NCBI GenBank assembly: GCA_008632985.1
Contig: QPGO01000023.1
Span: 341,266 to 405,265, forward strand
Length of the DNA stretch: 64,000 bases
Direction: 5' to 3'
DNA from: Psammoneis japonica
Lineage: Eukaryota
Shown: in pieces, positions 23,814-38,100 of the stretch
Position numbering within the stretch: the stretch's first letter is position 1
How the letters are laid out: every line of letters starts with the position of its first letter
Translations under genes and position numbers: made by a program
Notes under the pieces: model-generated
What the model saw: only the letters and a program-made list of their open reading frames with translations
The model's database searches: none
What the model was told of the DNA's origin: nothing

Positions 23814-26800
23814 CTACGTTAACAGATCTAGCATTAGTGTCGCTCCGGCCAGTGCCATCATCAGCAACAATAGTCTATTTTCTTTCGACTCTTCGAGCAA
23901 CAGCGATTCTTCATAGTCAGCGGAGCTGTTCGATGGCTTCGACCTCGACGAACGGGAATCGATCGTCGGTCGATTGAACGACAAAGAACAAATCCTATCA
24001 GCTGCATAGCATCCGGCAAAATCAGTGAGTAACAACAAGACGAGACGTAACCTGCAACTCTTGGTGGGAGTGAGTCGCAATTCTAGGCCTTGATTCAGCG
24101 CAGGGAATGCTTCAGAAATGCACGAAATGACAAACAATATGCTTCCGCCGGTGAACAAACAGAAGTTCCGACTCTCGCTGGCACCAAGGCAAAAAGGCTT
24201 GCCCTTGTGGTTGACGATATAAGTAACCGCGTTCTGAAAAACAGAAAGCAAGAACACCACGTTGGTAGTGTAATTTGGCCGAAATGGGGGGCGACCAAAA
24301 ATGTTCAATACGCTGTGGTTTGTTTCTTCTTCCTCTTCTTCGGCAGTGGACGGGGCACTGAGAGATTGCAAAAGCATAGCTATTGGCGATGTAGGCGCCA
24401 TACCTGAATTCTCCGGGCCGCGCCATCGAACTCTTGCTTTCTTCTTTTGTGCAACACTGTCTTGCGAGTCAAGAACGCGCGCCCACTTTACACCAGCATT
24501 CAACGTGATTAGATGTATTGCAGCTTGTGCACAGACAGCGAGCGCGCTTGATGGGTGAAACAAGGAAGGACATGGCCGAGAACTGGAAATCCTCGGACGC
24601 GGCTGGCACGAAGCAGAGTAGCTCGCACTGTCGACAAGTGCGAAGAACAAAATCTCAATAGGCCACATCTTGTTGCCATATCGAAAACCATCCCGATACA
24701 AAGTTGCAAGGTTGTATGATGACATGAGGCAATTCAGCGCGATTGTTTGCTGAACCTTAATGCAACATGCAGCTGCGGCGATACCCTCCCGCAATATGGC
24801 ATCTACCCCATCAATGGCAGGACGGAGGCATGAGAAAGCAGCAGCAAGAGACGCCTCTCCTGGTTTGATGATAGATGTATCAGTCATTTTGTCACTGACG
24901 CAACCCGAGGCAGTCAAACCTTTTCTAGACTTTTTGAGAAGCGCCTTTCTGAGTTTGTCGTCATCTGCGAAGACACGAGCAGCTGCTGCGCCGCCTTTTT
25001 TAATGGCAGATTTTCGTTTCCTTTCATTTCGAATGGCCACACGGACTGCCGCTAAAGTCTGTTTGATGCTGGAGCCTTCATTTGTTTGTAGTGCTTCAGC
25101 AATATGAGCTCTTACACGCGCCATAGAGGCACCTGGAGTATCTCCAATACCAGCGTCTTCAATCGCATTTGCGCCAGAAGTGCCTTTAGATCGCTTCATA
25201 CGATTCCGCCCAATTCGCAGGTTTACAAGCTTTTCGCGACGTCTTTCGTCTTCGATATCCAAATCAATATCAGTAAGTACAGTCTCATCTCCATATCCAT
25301 TCAGAAGCGCTACGGAGACGTCGGCTGATTTCATTGCAGCTACATCGTTAACCCCATCACCTAAAAGAATGTAGGATGCAGATCCGTTAGAGCGGCCGCA
25401 GGTTCAGACACTTTTCACTGAATGTAACGTGATTGACTTACCACACATGAGAACTGCATTGCTACTTCTGTTCTTAAGGCAGCTAACGACCTGTCGCTTG
25501 GTTTTCGGTGAAGCCCTTGCTATTATCGACACTGCAGATAAATTCTGAAGCAGAATGGGGCTAATGGGATCCTTTTGTTGCTCTCGATTCAATGTGTCAA
25601 ATGCCTTTCCAGTAAGAACTATTGACGCGCCTTTGCTTTGAACTTGGCGAATGATCCGATCTAACCTCTTTCTTGTCAATTTGCCCCTATACTCTGTCAA
25701 CGGTCCAAGGCCAAGCTTCAACTTCTTATTGGATGGCATTTTCAGTTCTTCCAAAACAAGTCTCGAGCCTTCAACGTCAACCAGAGATATCGAGGGACAT
25801 TCAATCAGACCGGCCTTTCTTCCTACAGAGATCGCGGCGTCAACGCTGTCGCCGGTAAGCATTAACACTTTCACTCCAGCGTTTCGGAGTTCGCCAATGA
25901 TACGCTTTGTGCTTGGCCTTACTGATGCGCCAAATGCGGCAAAACCAACAAACTCCAATTTACCATCTGGGTTATTGCCGGTGTCAAATCCTTCGATTTC
26001 ATCTCTGTGGAGGTGTCTTGCAAAATCTCGAGCCTTCTCAACAGCTTTCAGCACATTTTCATACGACATATTCTGATCGCCATTGACAACTGAGGATGTC
26101 GCAGGCTCTGGAAGTCCCGCTGTAAAGAGCATTTCTGTATAAGCTGGAACATCTGTGATATCTTTTGCAGCTAGTACGATGTTTCGCATGCCCTGCCCCT
26201 CGAGGATTCGATTCTCCTTTAAGTACCAATCAGAGAAGGATAATGCTTCAGCTCCATATGACGCCACAGCACTACTCAACACATCAGGAGACCCTTTCAC
26301 GACCTGCCATAATCTGTAACCCTTGTCTTGATGAAGCACCAAAATTACAGCGGAAGAAGTTCTTCTCCTTGGGTCAAACGGGAAGGTCTTAATCTGCCAC
26401 AGCATTTGAGGAGGAGACACACTAGATTCGCTTCTGCTACTCTGCTCGCTGGCAACATAGCAATCGTGCGTGCTATCGTAAGACCACCCAGAGAACTTAA
26501 ACGATGCTAGGTCGAGTGGGTCACCTACTAGCTGCTCCTTTACAGTTTGTCCGTCTCGATCGTCAGATTCGACGTTTACAAGAGAATGACAGCCGGCAAG
26601 AACTGCATCAGTCATTGGGTGCATCTGCGTTGCTTTGAATTGATGTGGTGGTGAAATAATGCGAGAGAGGGATTGAGTATCAGCGGTGAGTGTACCCGTC
26701 TTATCAAAGACCACGACGTCCACTTGAGCGGACGTCAGTAGCGACCCTGGCTCGGAGCACGCTACATCCGCATCAGTGCGGACTTTGCGTGAACATGACT

Positions 26801-28853
26801 GCGCAATTGTAGAAAGACAAAGGGAAATATCCGAAGGGATAGATGACACCATTATACGCGTGCATTGAACAACCCGTCGAAATGTCGAGGCTTTTCTTGG
26901 CTTTGCAAAATCCGAGTTTGGAAAAGGCATTGGAACAAAGAGGGATACGCACGCAATAGCTGCAAACACCGACAGGGCTGCAATGAGCCGAACGGCGTCT
27001 CGTTCTGTCTGTGGATTGGAGATAGATCCTGCATGACCACGACTTTTGGCAAGGGCGCGCATCATTTCGCCACGGGAAGAGTAAGAGCCGGTTCTGAGGG
27101 CTAGAAGCTTCGCGGGGCTTGCACCCTCCGTTTGAAGGATTGAAGGAAATGGCGGATGCAAACCATTGTCGTCGTGTTGCCTCTCAGAATGATGAGTGCA
27201 ATGAATCAGGGAAGTCCCAGCAAACAAAACAGAGTTGCGGTGCTTGCTCATAATGTCCAGTCTGTCTGTCGAAGAAGAGGCCTCGTCGTTGTCCAACGGG
27301 GTCTTGGATTGCGGCACAGTCTCTCCGGTGAGTACGGCTTCGTTTGCTACACAGTTCCCTTCCAACAAGAGCGCATCTACTGGCATTACAAGGCCTCTCT
27401 CTACGTTTCCAAGGACAAAAACGTCCCCTGGCAGAAGGCCGGAAGCCGGTATTTCAACCCAGTCGCTCCCCCAGCGCTTCTTCTTCTTCCTGCCCTTTTC
27501 CGTTGGTCGCACTGCCCAAACCTTCATGGCGGCTCCGTCTTCAACATTACCCTTGACTTCTTTTGCCAATTCGTTCGCAGATACAATGCTCTCCTTGGCA
27601 TGCCAATAGTGATTTGCTAGTGTCTGAGCCAAGTTTGCAATAGATCCAAAGAGACTCTCTTCCAAGGCATTCAAGATTCGTCCAAGAATTTGCAATGAGA
27701 CCAGAGGAGTCGATATTCGTTCAATGAAGGCCAATTTCACTGTAGGAGTAGGTAATGCAAGCCTTTTATAAGGTCCAAACCGCTCGGTCGCAGCCTTCAG
27801 CCTTGATCTGGAAGACAGTCCTGATGATACCGATGGAGACACGAGCTGAGAAAGAGGTGTATCAGTGTGAAGCACTGGACTGCCATTTATGACTGGCGAA
27901 TCCTGGTGATGAAATGGATCGCAGTAGAATCTTTGTTGGTTCAATTCAAAATAAAAGGGGAGTGGATGCCCATGCAGCGTGGACTGGCTCTTGGTCGGTT
28001 CACTCTCGGATATGTGTAGAGGTCGAATGATTGATGATTTTCCTTCAGTCTCAGAATCCCGTAGCTCCCGAGGCACCAGAACCAAAAGATGTACACTAGC
28101 AGATACAATCTTGTTCAAGAGGTCCTTTGCAGTAGCACCGCCGAGACTCTTTTGTTTATAATTCAAAAACACATTCACCGAGACAAACCATCGAGGAAAG
28201 AGCACCGAACAGCACACCCATGTACCTAATGAGAAAAGTACACCCAACAACGGTACTGGTAGCGGTAAATGACGCGGAGGTATAACTTCGTTCTTGCTGG
28301 AAGCTATACGCCGCGCAAGAACTTCATGGATTGGCTTGAGGTTTGTTGCGTCGCACTGGTTCACAAGCTTTGCGACCGCCCGAGCGTGCGGGATGCCAGC
28401 GGTTCGCTTGCAAAATACTACCGACACGGAAAGAGTAGCAAGACAAATCCATTTGATCAACATTGTAATACTGATCAGTCGTGGTACAAGAATGGCCTTT
28501 ATAGTCGGAAGTGGTTCGTGGGTTTCTTCATTATGCAATAATGATGTACTCTCCTGAGGCGTAGCTGTTGCTTGCTTCTTTTTCTTCTTCTTGGACTTTT
28601 TCCTCTGCTTGATATTGGCAGTCTTGCTACTCCCACCTCTTATTGAAAGCACTTCAATCATTGATACATGCCTACCAGTATGTGGCCATGGCGAAGACAG
28701 CTTGATCACGCTTGAGCCGGGTCTGACTGGGTGCGGCACATCAACACTGTTGGCAGCAATGATGAGGCAACTCAGGAGCATCAACCGCCTCGTTTCGTTC
28801 CCATGGCGCATACATGACCTCTTATGGCTTGTCATTGGCAATTTCAGAGACAT
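23814..28853 (-). CDS. P-type ATPase, P5(A)-like (intron 25361-25441)
   Basis: LLPGD, NEAVLTGETVPQSK, FDKTGTLT phosphorylation site, MLTGD, ARASPKTK, MCG|DGVNDVAAMK, GEASLAAAFS, NHKGKPF; start uncertain. Confidence 0.88.
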
Positions 28854-29266
28854 TCCATCAAGAAATCCCCGTAGTTGGAGTTGTGAGTGTTGAGTTTTGA
28901 GGCGATGAACGCCATGGCACGGCGTGAAGAGTGAAGACGAGCTTTTGAGATCGCGCGGAGCCTTTTGCGGCTTGCCGATGTCTGACAACGGACAGACTTG
29001 AACTGTCAGTCTGTCTGCCTGTTCGTTGTCAAACGTAACCCGGAACTTGAACTCGGAGAACCACGCAAAATTCCCGCCGAGAACTAACGCACGCACGTGG
29101 CGCCACAAAGCACGTGACAACACCAAACACCAACAAAAAAGAACAGAACGAGGACAGCAACAGGCTTTCGTATTTGAGCATCAACAGCACACAATCAAAG
29201 TAGAGTGGCTTGTTTCTAGAAAAGAGAATTGAAAAATTACCACGAACAACTCAGAAAGAAGAAAAA

Positions 29267-30037
29267 ATGAAAGTGATCTCGTCATTTGTCGTTGCCGCCC
29301 TGGTTTCGGGCTCGTCTGCTTTTGTGGCACCCTCAACAACGAGTAAAACGTCCAGAGCATCCGCACTTTGCATGGCAGATGCACCTCCGTCTCCTGTACA
29401 AAATAGACAACCACAGTACGGCGAATCATTAGAGCTGCCAGATACCTATGTTCGGTGTGGCCGATGCCAAACAAGTTATGCCATTACACCAGATGATTTG
29501 GGGAGAGGAAAGGGACGGTGCGTTGATATTATTTTCCCTCTGCGGAAGGACACATACTTGGAGTTGCTCATTCAATCCGTGTAAGTTTTCCTGACTGACA
29601 CTTCTGCTCATACAATTTTCCGTCTTTTCGTTGTTCATAGTCGTTTGGAATGCGGCGTGTGTCAACATTCTTGGTTTCAATCGCGCGATCGTGTTTTAAA
29701 AATTCGAGAGGAATTCGAAATGGTGCCTCTGTCGACTGGAGATAAAGATCGTATTGCTCTGAATCTAGAAGAGGGGCGCCCCGCTGATTTTATTGGGGAA
29801 TCGAAACTCTATGTAGGAAACATTGCGTTTGAGTGTGAAGAGGACGACCTGATGGATGTCTTTGGAGAGATTGGTACTGTTGGCGATATCAATATGGTGA
29901 AAGACGACATGGGAAGAAATCGTGGGTTTGGATTCGTGACAATGAGGTTGAAAGCGGATGGAGAAAAAGCAATTGAAAAGTTGGATGGAACCAGTTTGCG
30001 TGGTCGAAACATTGCTGTCCGCCAGTCAACGAGCTAG
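29267..30037 (+). CDS. Plastid-targeted zinc-ribbon (CxxC...CxxC) + RRM protein (exons 29267-29517, 29641-30037)
   Basis: Signal peptide plus SSAFVAP; CGRCQTSY...GRRLECGVCQHSWFQ zinc ribbon across the intron; RNP2 LYVGNI and RNP1 RGFGFVTM. Confidence 0.85.
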
Positions 30038-30726
30038 AGAAGAAATTTCGGTGGATGAAATAGATCAATACAAAAAATACTGTGGACTTAGGTGCTTAGT
30101 TGTGGACGTTCTTGTGGAGATTGATGGGATTTTGTGCCTCGGTACTTTGAACCTTTTGTACCATAGTAACAGTCCATCATGTTTTAGGGTTTACGAGTAC
30201 GTCGTCCTCTTTCCAACACTTGAAAACATCCACTGAAAAAGGAACAGTGTGAATTAGCTGTCATTTGATTGCCGAGCGTCTAAGGCGGCTGTAGGAACGA
30301 ATCATCGGCAAAAAGGACGGAAACGCGTGGTGCGGATTCTTTCCAATGCCGCTAGCTTGGTACTCGCAGCTTCGACGAGGTAAAATAACGATCATGCTGT
30401 AGCCCGATAACTAAGATATGAGACTAGGCCCTACGTTGGTCGTCGGACGACCACAAATCAGCCTTCCTGCACCAAAACTACATACCGGTAGCTTTTCATC
30501 CTGAAGAATGCAACACACGAATCATAGGTATGCATCTAGAGCTAGAGAGTACATCCGAATATTCGAACTCTTTTTCTGGCCGGACCTCGTATTTTCTGTC
30601 CATCTCCCGTCATAATCGCACAATTCAAATGCAGAGATTTCCAGATTCAAAAAAATTCTGCCAACGAAAATAAGACGATCAACGACAACGCGACCCATCA
30701 TCCGTGTGCTCTGTATTCGAAGAACG

Positions 30727-31677
30727 ATGGCTATGTCCACTGCTCTCTTGAGAAAATATCGACATCGAGTGGCTGTTGTCTACTTTCTCGCCGGTTCCGT
30801 CTTTGGCTCGTGTATTTCTTTCTTTATCAATAGTGCAGCAACATCTGTGCAAGAATACTCAAATCTGATAGTCTCGACCAGCTCCATGCTTCGTCCGCGA
30901 GACCAAGAGCATAGTAACGATGATGGCTGGAAGTTGATACATGTTTTCTACGGAAATGACCGTCACTTACCCCAAGTCAGTACCATATCGACCAGTTATT
31001 TTACAGAAAAGCAGCCGAAATGGTTTTCGCAACTCCGTCAAGACGAGGTTGTAAGCAGATTGCTTCACAACAAACGAAACGGATTCTTTGTCGACTTGGC
31101 TGCCAACGACGCCTTAAAGATATCGAACACTTATGCTCTTGAACACAACTTTGGATGGGATGGACTTTGTTTGGAACCAAACCCAATCTATTGGTCTTCC
31201 CTCAGTTATCGGAAATGTCAGGTTGCGGGAGTCGTTGTCGGTCCAGAGCCGATGCGAGAAATCTACTTCAAGTTTCCAAATCGGCAGCCGGCTCAGGGTG
31301 GCATTGTGGGAAAGGACTTTGACAATAAGGAGAAGAGCCACTTTCATGAAGACCAGCCGAGGTATACGAATACGCTGAGCCAAGTGTTTCAACGTTTCAG
31401 TGTACCTTCCGTCATTGACTACTTGAGTTTGGACGTGGAAGGGGCTGAAGATTTCATTATGGAAAGCTTTCCCTTTTATAAGTATCAAATTAATGTCTTG
31501 ACTGTGGAACGGCCAAGTGATGCACTGCAATCGATACTGAAACAGAATGGATACGTATTACTGAAGCAACTTAAGAAATGGGGAGAGACATTGTGGATTC
31601 ACCAGTCGATTGCAACGCTTGTTGATCGGAGCGCCTTGGATATCGATACAGAAAATTACAAGTACCGAGAAAAGTGA
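30727..31677 (+). CDS. FkbM-family (Methyltransf_21) SAM-dependent methyltransferase, type II membrane protein
   Basis: SQLRQD, GFFVDLAAND..ISNTYALE...WDGLCLEPN, IDYLSLDVEGAE; N-terminal TM helix. Confidence 0.85.
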   Translation: MAMSTALLRKYRHRVAVVYFLAGSVFGSCISFFINSAATSVQEYSNLIVSTSSMLRPRDQEHSNDDGWKLIHVFYGNDRHLPQVSTISTSYFTEKQPKWFSQLRQDEVVSRLLHNKRNGFFVDLAANDALKISNTYALEHNFGWDGLCLEPNPIYWSSLSYRKCQVAGVVVGPEPMREIYFKFPNRQPAQGGIVGKDFDNKEKSHFHEDQPRYTNTLSQVFQRFSVPSVIDYLSLDVEGAEDFIMESFPFYKYQINVLTVERPSDALQSILKQNGYVLLKQLKKWGETLWIHQSIATLVDRSALDIDTENYKYREK

Positions 31678-31812
31678 TTGTTTAGAAACAAAATGAGGTC
31701 ACGTTGTTGCGTTTATAACTGATAATGCTTGTGTAACACTTGTTGAGATGCCGCGTGTGTACTGTGCACTTGCAGAGCCAACACGAGGATAAGAAAAAGA
31801 CAACACCCCATA

Positions 31813-31860
31813 TCGATTTTAAAGAATGAGACTCCATTTCGATTTTTAAAGAATGAGACT
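31813..31860. repeat. Short direct duplication (about 21 bp) between convergent genes
   Basis: tcgattttaaagaatgagact repeated as tcgatttttaaagaatgagact. Confidence 0.7.
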
Positions 31861-31966
31861 TACAAGTTATACTTTAACGTTGACATTTGTCTCCACCAAC
31901 CAAAGCAACAAGCGACAAAATAAATGCAAAGCGCGAAAGCAGCTCGCGACCTAGGCTACTCCCTGC

Positions 31967-34617
31967 CTACTCCTGCGAACCTGTGAACAAGTTATTCAAC
32001 ATGGACTCCACCTTGTTGGGTGGATACTTAAGGTACTGCTCCATGTTCTTCTTAGAGAACTGAATACGAGAGAACTTGTCGTAAAACCGCTTGTACCGAG
32101 ACAAGAAGGAAGCCTTCACTTCCTTGATTAACGATTCCCGGAGGCGTCTGTCAATGACAGAGAAGCGCTTGTGAAGCTCGTATGCCTTTTCAAAGTCCTC
32201 GTTGAATCCGGTGAAACGAGACTTGATAAGGCGACCACTTTCTTGGGATAGAACCCTTTCCTTTTGATAGTGCAAGTCGCTGTCGTCCACGGACGTGATG
32301 TGCCTGTTGATCTCCTCCCAATGACCGAGATACTTGCGTTTCTCAGATTCACTCATTTTGTTCAACTTGTCTGTAAACCAGGAGCTTTCGATCCTGTACT
32401 CGTCGCTGCTCTCTTCTTTCTTTTTTGACGATTTTTCAATCGGACCCATTTCCCTTTTGAGGTAATGAAGATTGTTGAGCATGAAAATGTTGCTCTTGGC
32501 CTGTAGGAGACGAGATGACAAATTGGAAAAGTGAGTTGACATCTTTCAAGTTTTTGCATATTCTAGCCTTTTCAACCTACCTGGGCATCATCGCTATTGT
32601 CTCTGGTGTAGCACAACGCTTTGCCCTGCAGACTATTCAAAAGCCTCATGATGAGAAAGCGAACAAAGGCGTCCATTTCACCAGCTTCTTCACCAATGTT
32701 TGGATCCCAAGGCAACGCCCTGCCAACGACAGAATTGGAGAATAATTTTAGATAAATCGCATTGCTCCACTGCAAGAAAGGTCACAAAAAATCAAACCAA
32801 AAACTTACCGGCGTTTCGTGACGCTCTTGTAGGCACTGTTAAAGGGGCAAAGGACGCGAATTGCACGAATCACTTCCGAGGTGACGGGAGCAACGCCCGC
32901 ATCCCTCGGTCGATGAGCCTCACCGTCAAGCGGGTCTTCTTGAATAGCTTTCGACAGGTTCTCCAGCGTACGAGCGGTATTCTTGACGGTAGTTCTGTGA
33001 ATATTAATGCACAAGGTGGCTGCAATACTCATGTTTTCCTGAGACTGGGACGGCTTCTTACTCCCAGATTGTTGAACATCACAGAGCTTTGCCAGAGAAG
33101 GACCCAACATGCGGACGCCATCGAGCATACGGAGTCCTGCAGCTGCACCTGCTGCAGCGGGTCGGACACTCAGACCAGCCTTTCCTTCATCCTTCGCGCC
33201 AGAGTTGTGGCCAATCCCTCCTTCCTTTAGAAAGACGGTCTCGAGAATATCCAACGTCCGATCCACAACAGTGGCCGTCACATGAGAATATGCCGCAACG
33301 CATGCTCTCTTGTAAAGCGGGGCCATTTCATTATCCTCGTCGTCGTCTGCAGCTGTCATGGACGGGCCCACAACCGTCTTGTACACCGACTGAAACAACA
33401 AAAGTAGGTACAACACAAGAACTTGTAAGTACGACACACTGTAATGAAAAAAGAAGTGCAATAGCAAACAAGCTCTGACCCACCTTTTCTCCTGCGACTA
33501 GAACCATGGCATGTTCCAAGCAGCGCACAGCATCCCTCGCAGCAGCATCTGCATTGTTCTCAACGTCTGTCGGCTTGATGTTCTTCTTCCGTTCCGACTT
33601 GTTACGCCTATAGTAGGAATCAATCGAGCTAAACGCGACGTTTCTCCGTGCTTCACCGTAGGTATCTAAATGAGGATATCCTGTTTTTAGCTTTGACTGG
33701 AGGAGGTTGGTGTAATTACCCGATCCAACCTTTTCAGTCCGTACGACCTTGTTGGCTGGGGGAGTCAGTGAATCGAGCAGCTTCACGGTCTGGGACGTCC
33801 GGCTTGGACCCAAGAACCACCCGTCTCCTGAAAGGCATTCAAAGACAGACCTCAACTCTCGTACAGTCCTTGCATCGACGGGTTGTACTTCTTCGTACTC
33901 TCCAATCGAATGGAGCAAATCCCGATTCAACAACGCGTCATTCAATCGCTCGCGTGTTTCATCAGCAGTTTCCTTGTTTTGAGGCGTAACTTGCTTACCC
34001 TTCTTCTTTCCAATGCGCTTGAGTTTGACTGCAGGTCCAGCTGACTTTAAATGCAACTGGATCATGCGACAAAATCCTTGAGTACCCATTTTATGAATAC
34101 GTTCCAATCCACCTAGAGCAGAAGGTGTCGCCCTCCATTCTTCGTGGCGGACAAAGTATGCATACGCATCGCGAATAATCTCCATCGAATCAGCTGCGGC
34201 ATAAATGTCTTGTTCCGTCAACTTATTGCTCTTATCACTTCGTCGAATCCGCTTATCCGTCTTGTTCGACGCATCCTCTTCCAGATACTTGATGCCCTGA
34301 GCCAGTCTCTCCATGGGCGGTTCACAATCAGAAATAGTGTCGAACTTTTCACAAGCATCCTTCATCAAGGCCAACGCAAGAGTCAAGTTGGCACCTGCGC
34401 GAGACAAAGTAGACGACGCATCGGATGCCGGGCTTGTCAATGAATCCAAGTGAGTGGCACGCTTTGCAACCTGCTCGCAGCAGCGACTCGCGTCAGCCGT
34501 TGTGCTTTGCATGCGAGATAACGCCGTCGACAAAGCATTGATACGGCGCTGTGATTCCGACACAAAGGGAGCTTTTGTGCCGCTTGCCTCCGAGGCAGAA
34601 GCAACGGCAGCCGACAT
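31967..34617 (-). CDS. EXO70: Exocyst subunit Exo70 (exons 34617-33484, 33389-32809, 32719-32581, 32500-31967)
   Basis: PRDAGVAPVTSEVI, AKSNIFMLNNLHY, IKSRFTGFNEDFEKAYELHKRFSVIDRRLR, FSKKNMEQYLKYPP match the Exo70 C-terminus; three GT-AG introns. Confidence 0.85.
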
Positions 34618-35134
34618 GGTCTCGTGATTGCAGCACCGCAACGCACGCTTCTTCACAGCATCATGGTCTCGCTCGTCGCGGCTAGTCGGTCGGAGGTAGG
34701 GCCCTAGGTGAACATTCCGTTCTTCATGTTGGAATATTTCAAATGTAGTTGCCGTTGAGCCGACAAACAACTTGAGAGGGACCCATAACCTCTTTTATAA
34801 TTAAATACAGATTTTATAACGATACATATTTGACTAGTATAATTATGCATATTATTTATATTTCTTAAGTAATTTATGTCAAGATTTTGTCCAAGGCCTG
34901 TCCTGTCGGTCTTTCTCCGGTAATTCTCCGAGACCGCACGTTGAAGCTTGACGAAGCATCACGTTTCAGGTTGTGTGGACTGTGTGAAGGCAGATGGCAG
35001 ATTGAAGATGGCAGAGTGAGCCTTTTTGTGGTTTTCAGCGGCGGGCTGAGCTAGGTTGCCATTTGCAATTGGCCATTTCATCCACGACATTTCTCAACAA
35101 AAAACGTCCCCAAGGTGCGCTTTCTAATTTCAAA

Positions 35135-38100
35135 ATGGCAGAGGGAATGATGGAACAGGAGCGAGAGTCATCTGATTTATCTCTCTTCAACGAGTCGAGA
35201 AACGATTGGGTACCCCACGAAGGAACAAGCACAATTTCTTCTTGTACGGGAGGAACGGATGACTCTTCAAGTGATGCAAATCATAACCCCTCCTCCTTGT
35301 CCTTGTTGAGCGACCAGTCAGATAGACGTTCAAGTGAGACGGATCTCCTATTCTCCAAGAGATTGAGTGGCGACCTATCTGATGAAGGGCAGCAACTGGC
35401 CCTTAAACCGGCAAAGTTTTTCTCAACAAAGCGCAAGAGCGAACGGATTTTGCCCGTTAGCAGATTGCGCTTTTCATCCGTGGGTCTTGTGGGTCGCGAC
35501 AAGGAGAAAGAAATTTTAAAGGCGTGTCTTAAAAGAGTCGCAGGTAATCAAGATGAAAAACAAAAGGGAAGCAGAGAACTAGTTCTCATATCAGGCCTCG
35601 CAGGGACGGGCAAGACCGCTCTTGCTTCTGCCGTTATGAAGCCTGTCGAGAAATTAGGAGGGTTGTTTGTGAAGGGGAAGTTTGATCTGTACCTACGAGA
35701 CGAGCCTTATTCGGGTATTGCAGCTGCGTGTCGAGAAATTTGTGGGAGCATTTTGCTTCTAAGGAACGACGAGTCCTTTGAGAAGATTCGCACCGAGCTG
35801 ATCGACAAGTTGGGTTCTGAGAACCTTCATCTTTTAATCAATATTGTTCCAGAGCTATCCGAAGTTGTCGGTGACGAACTCTTCACGGATGAAACAATGA
35901 AGACACAGAGCAGTGAAGAGACAAAGGCCCGATTGAATTACGCTTTCCGTATTCTCTTGCGAGTCGTTACCACACATTTCTCATCCTTGGTGATTTTGCT
36001 CGACGATATCCAATGGTCCGACGCTGCCACACTCAGCTTGCTGCAAGTTCTCATCGCGGATCGTGATAACCCAAGCCTCATGGTGATGGGTGTCTACAGG
36101 TCGAATGAAGTGGATGAAAGCCACCCATTGTATCGAGTCATTACCGAGTTGAAGCGAGCCGAAGAACAAGGTGATTTCAACCTATCAACAATCGAAGTTG
36201 GTAATCTGAATGTGTCACAGGTCAACGAGATCATTATGCTTGTCCTATCCATTGACGAGCCTGCCAAAACTCTCGGGTTAGCGGACGTATGCCACAAGAG
36301 AAGTCACGGGAATGTCTACTCTCTCCTTGTCTTTTTGGAGATGCTCCACGAAGAGGGACTACTGCGATATAGCATCGGAAGCTTCAGCTGGAGCTGGGAT
36401 GAGCAGACTATTCTCTCTGAAACGGCTGCTACTGCAAATGTTGTTGACCTGATGAAACAAAAGATTGAAAAGCTGCCCTCTTCTGTCAGCCAGCGCTTGT
36501 CCATTGCAGCTTGCCTGGGGTTTTCATTCGAGCCAAGAATATTGAAAAGTGTCTGGGACAGCATTGCTGGACAACAAGAGCAACTCCAAGAGGGACCTTC
36601 CGATGGAAATAGTGAAGAAGAGAATAGGTTGTGGTTTGCTCGTGTCGAAGAAGAGGGCTTTTTGGAAAAAGACGAAGACGGCACAGCTTACCGATGGGTG
36701 CATGATAAGGTACAGGAGGCTGCAATGTCACTTGTGCCAGATGTCGAGTTGCAAAGCTTGAAAGTGCATGTTGGAAAGATTCTAGTAAATGAGCTCGACG
36801 ACAAAGACGTGGATTCATACATTTTCACCATTGTGAATTTGTTGGAGGGAGAGGCCAAAGATGACGACGCTGAACGAATCCAGCTCGCCAAGCTCAGTTT
36901 GCTGGCATCGAAAAAGGCTAGTGAGTTGTCAGCATTCGAAAGTAGTGGGAGATACGCCACGATTGGTATTTTGGTGTTACCAAAGGATATGTGGTCGAAT
37001 CACTACGAATTGACCTTGGATTTGTATTCCACAGCTGCCGAGGCAGCCTGCTATCTCGGAAGCACGGAAGAACTACAAAAATGTTACGACGAAGTTTTGA
37101 ATCAGAAGGATCGCCCTTTGATCGATAAGCTGCGAGTCTGTCATGCAATGATCAGCTACCTAGGTGGTGCGCTGGGGAGGCCGAGCGATGCCATTGATCT
37201 ATTAGTGAAGATTCTTTCGCAATTTGGGATACGGTTTCCAAAACGAAAAGGTTCGAGGTTGGCGTCGACCATGTTAGGGATTCTCAAGGCTAAGAGAAAA
37301 ATGAATTCTCTTCAGCCAGAAGATATTACGAATTTGCCTGCAATGACTGATCCCGTGCACTTGGAAATTATGCGGCTTCTTGATCAACTCTTTCTTGCTG
37401 CGTATCTTGCGAAGAGTGACCTTATGCCTTTGGCAATTTTTGAAAGCACCAAGTTGACGTTAGAGAATGGTCTGAGTGAATACTCAGCGCCTACCTTTGC
37501 TTGCTTGGCGTTACTTATAGGTGCTGCCTTGGGGGACATGGAATTATCATCAAAAACCGGGAATTTCGCATCGTTGGCGATGCGCAACGTTGCGAGTCGT
37601 AATTTGGATGCGCGTGCAATCCTCTTTCTCGACGCTTTCGTCTTTTGCTGGACAGATCGCATCACAAGTATGGAGGCGCCATTACTGAAGGCATATGAGA
37701 CCGGGCTGGCTGTCGGCGACAACGAAAATGCATGCTGGGTAAGTTCGTTTCTTGTTTCATAGTCCCCGTACCCTATTCGTCAAAGCTCACTTCATCACCC
37801 CTTACGTGCTTGTATACAGTCTATTGCCCAATATATTGTTATTGGTTTTCAATCGGGTAGGGCACTTGAAACGGTCGAGGCTGATTGCAAGATCTATTTG
37901 GTCCAAATGCTCGAGTTTAAACGAGAGACGGTCCACACTGACATTTGCATCTATTCAGAAATGATCCAAAACTTGATGGGCTATTCGAATGGTGACCCAA
38001 CCAAAATGAAAAGTGAGCAATGCTTTGTCTCCCAAACCGATCATACAGTTCTCGGTGTCTTCTACAGCTGCCAATGCATTCTCTACATGTACTTTGGTGA

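Noticed and set aside
34790..34885. AT-rich tract as a mobile element or origin
   Set aside because: No terminal repeats seen; consistent with an ordinary divergent promoter spacer
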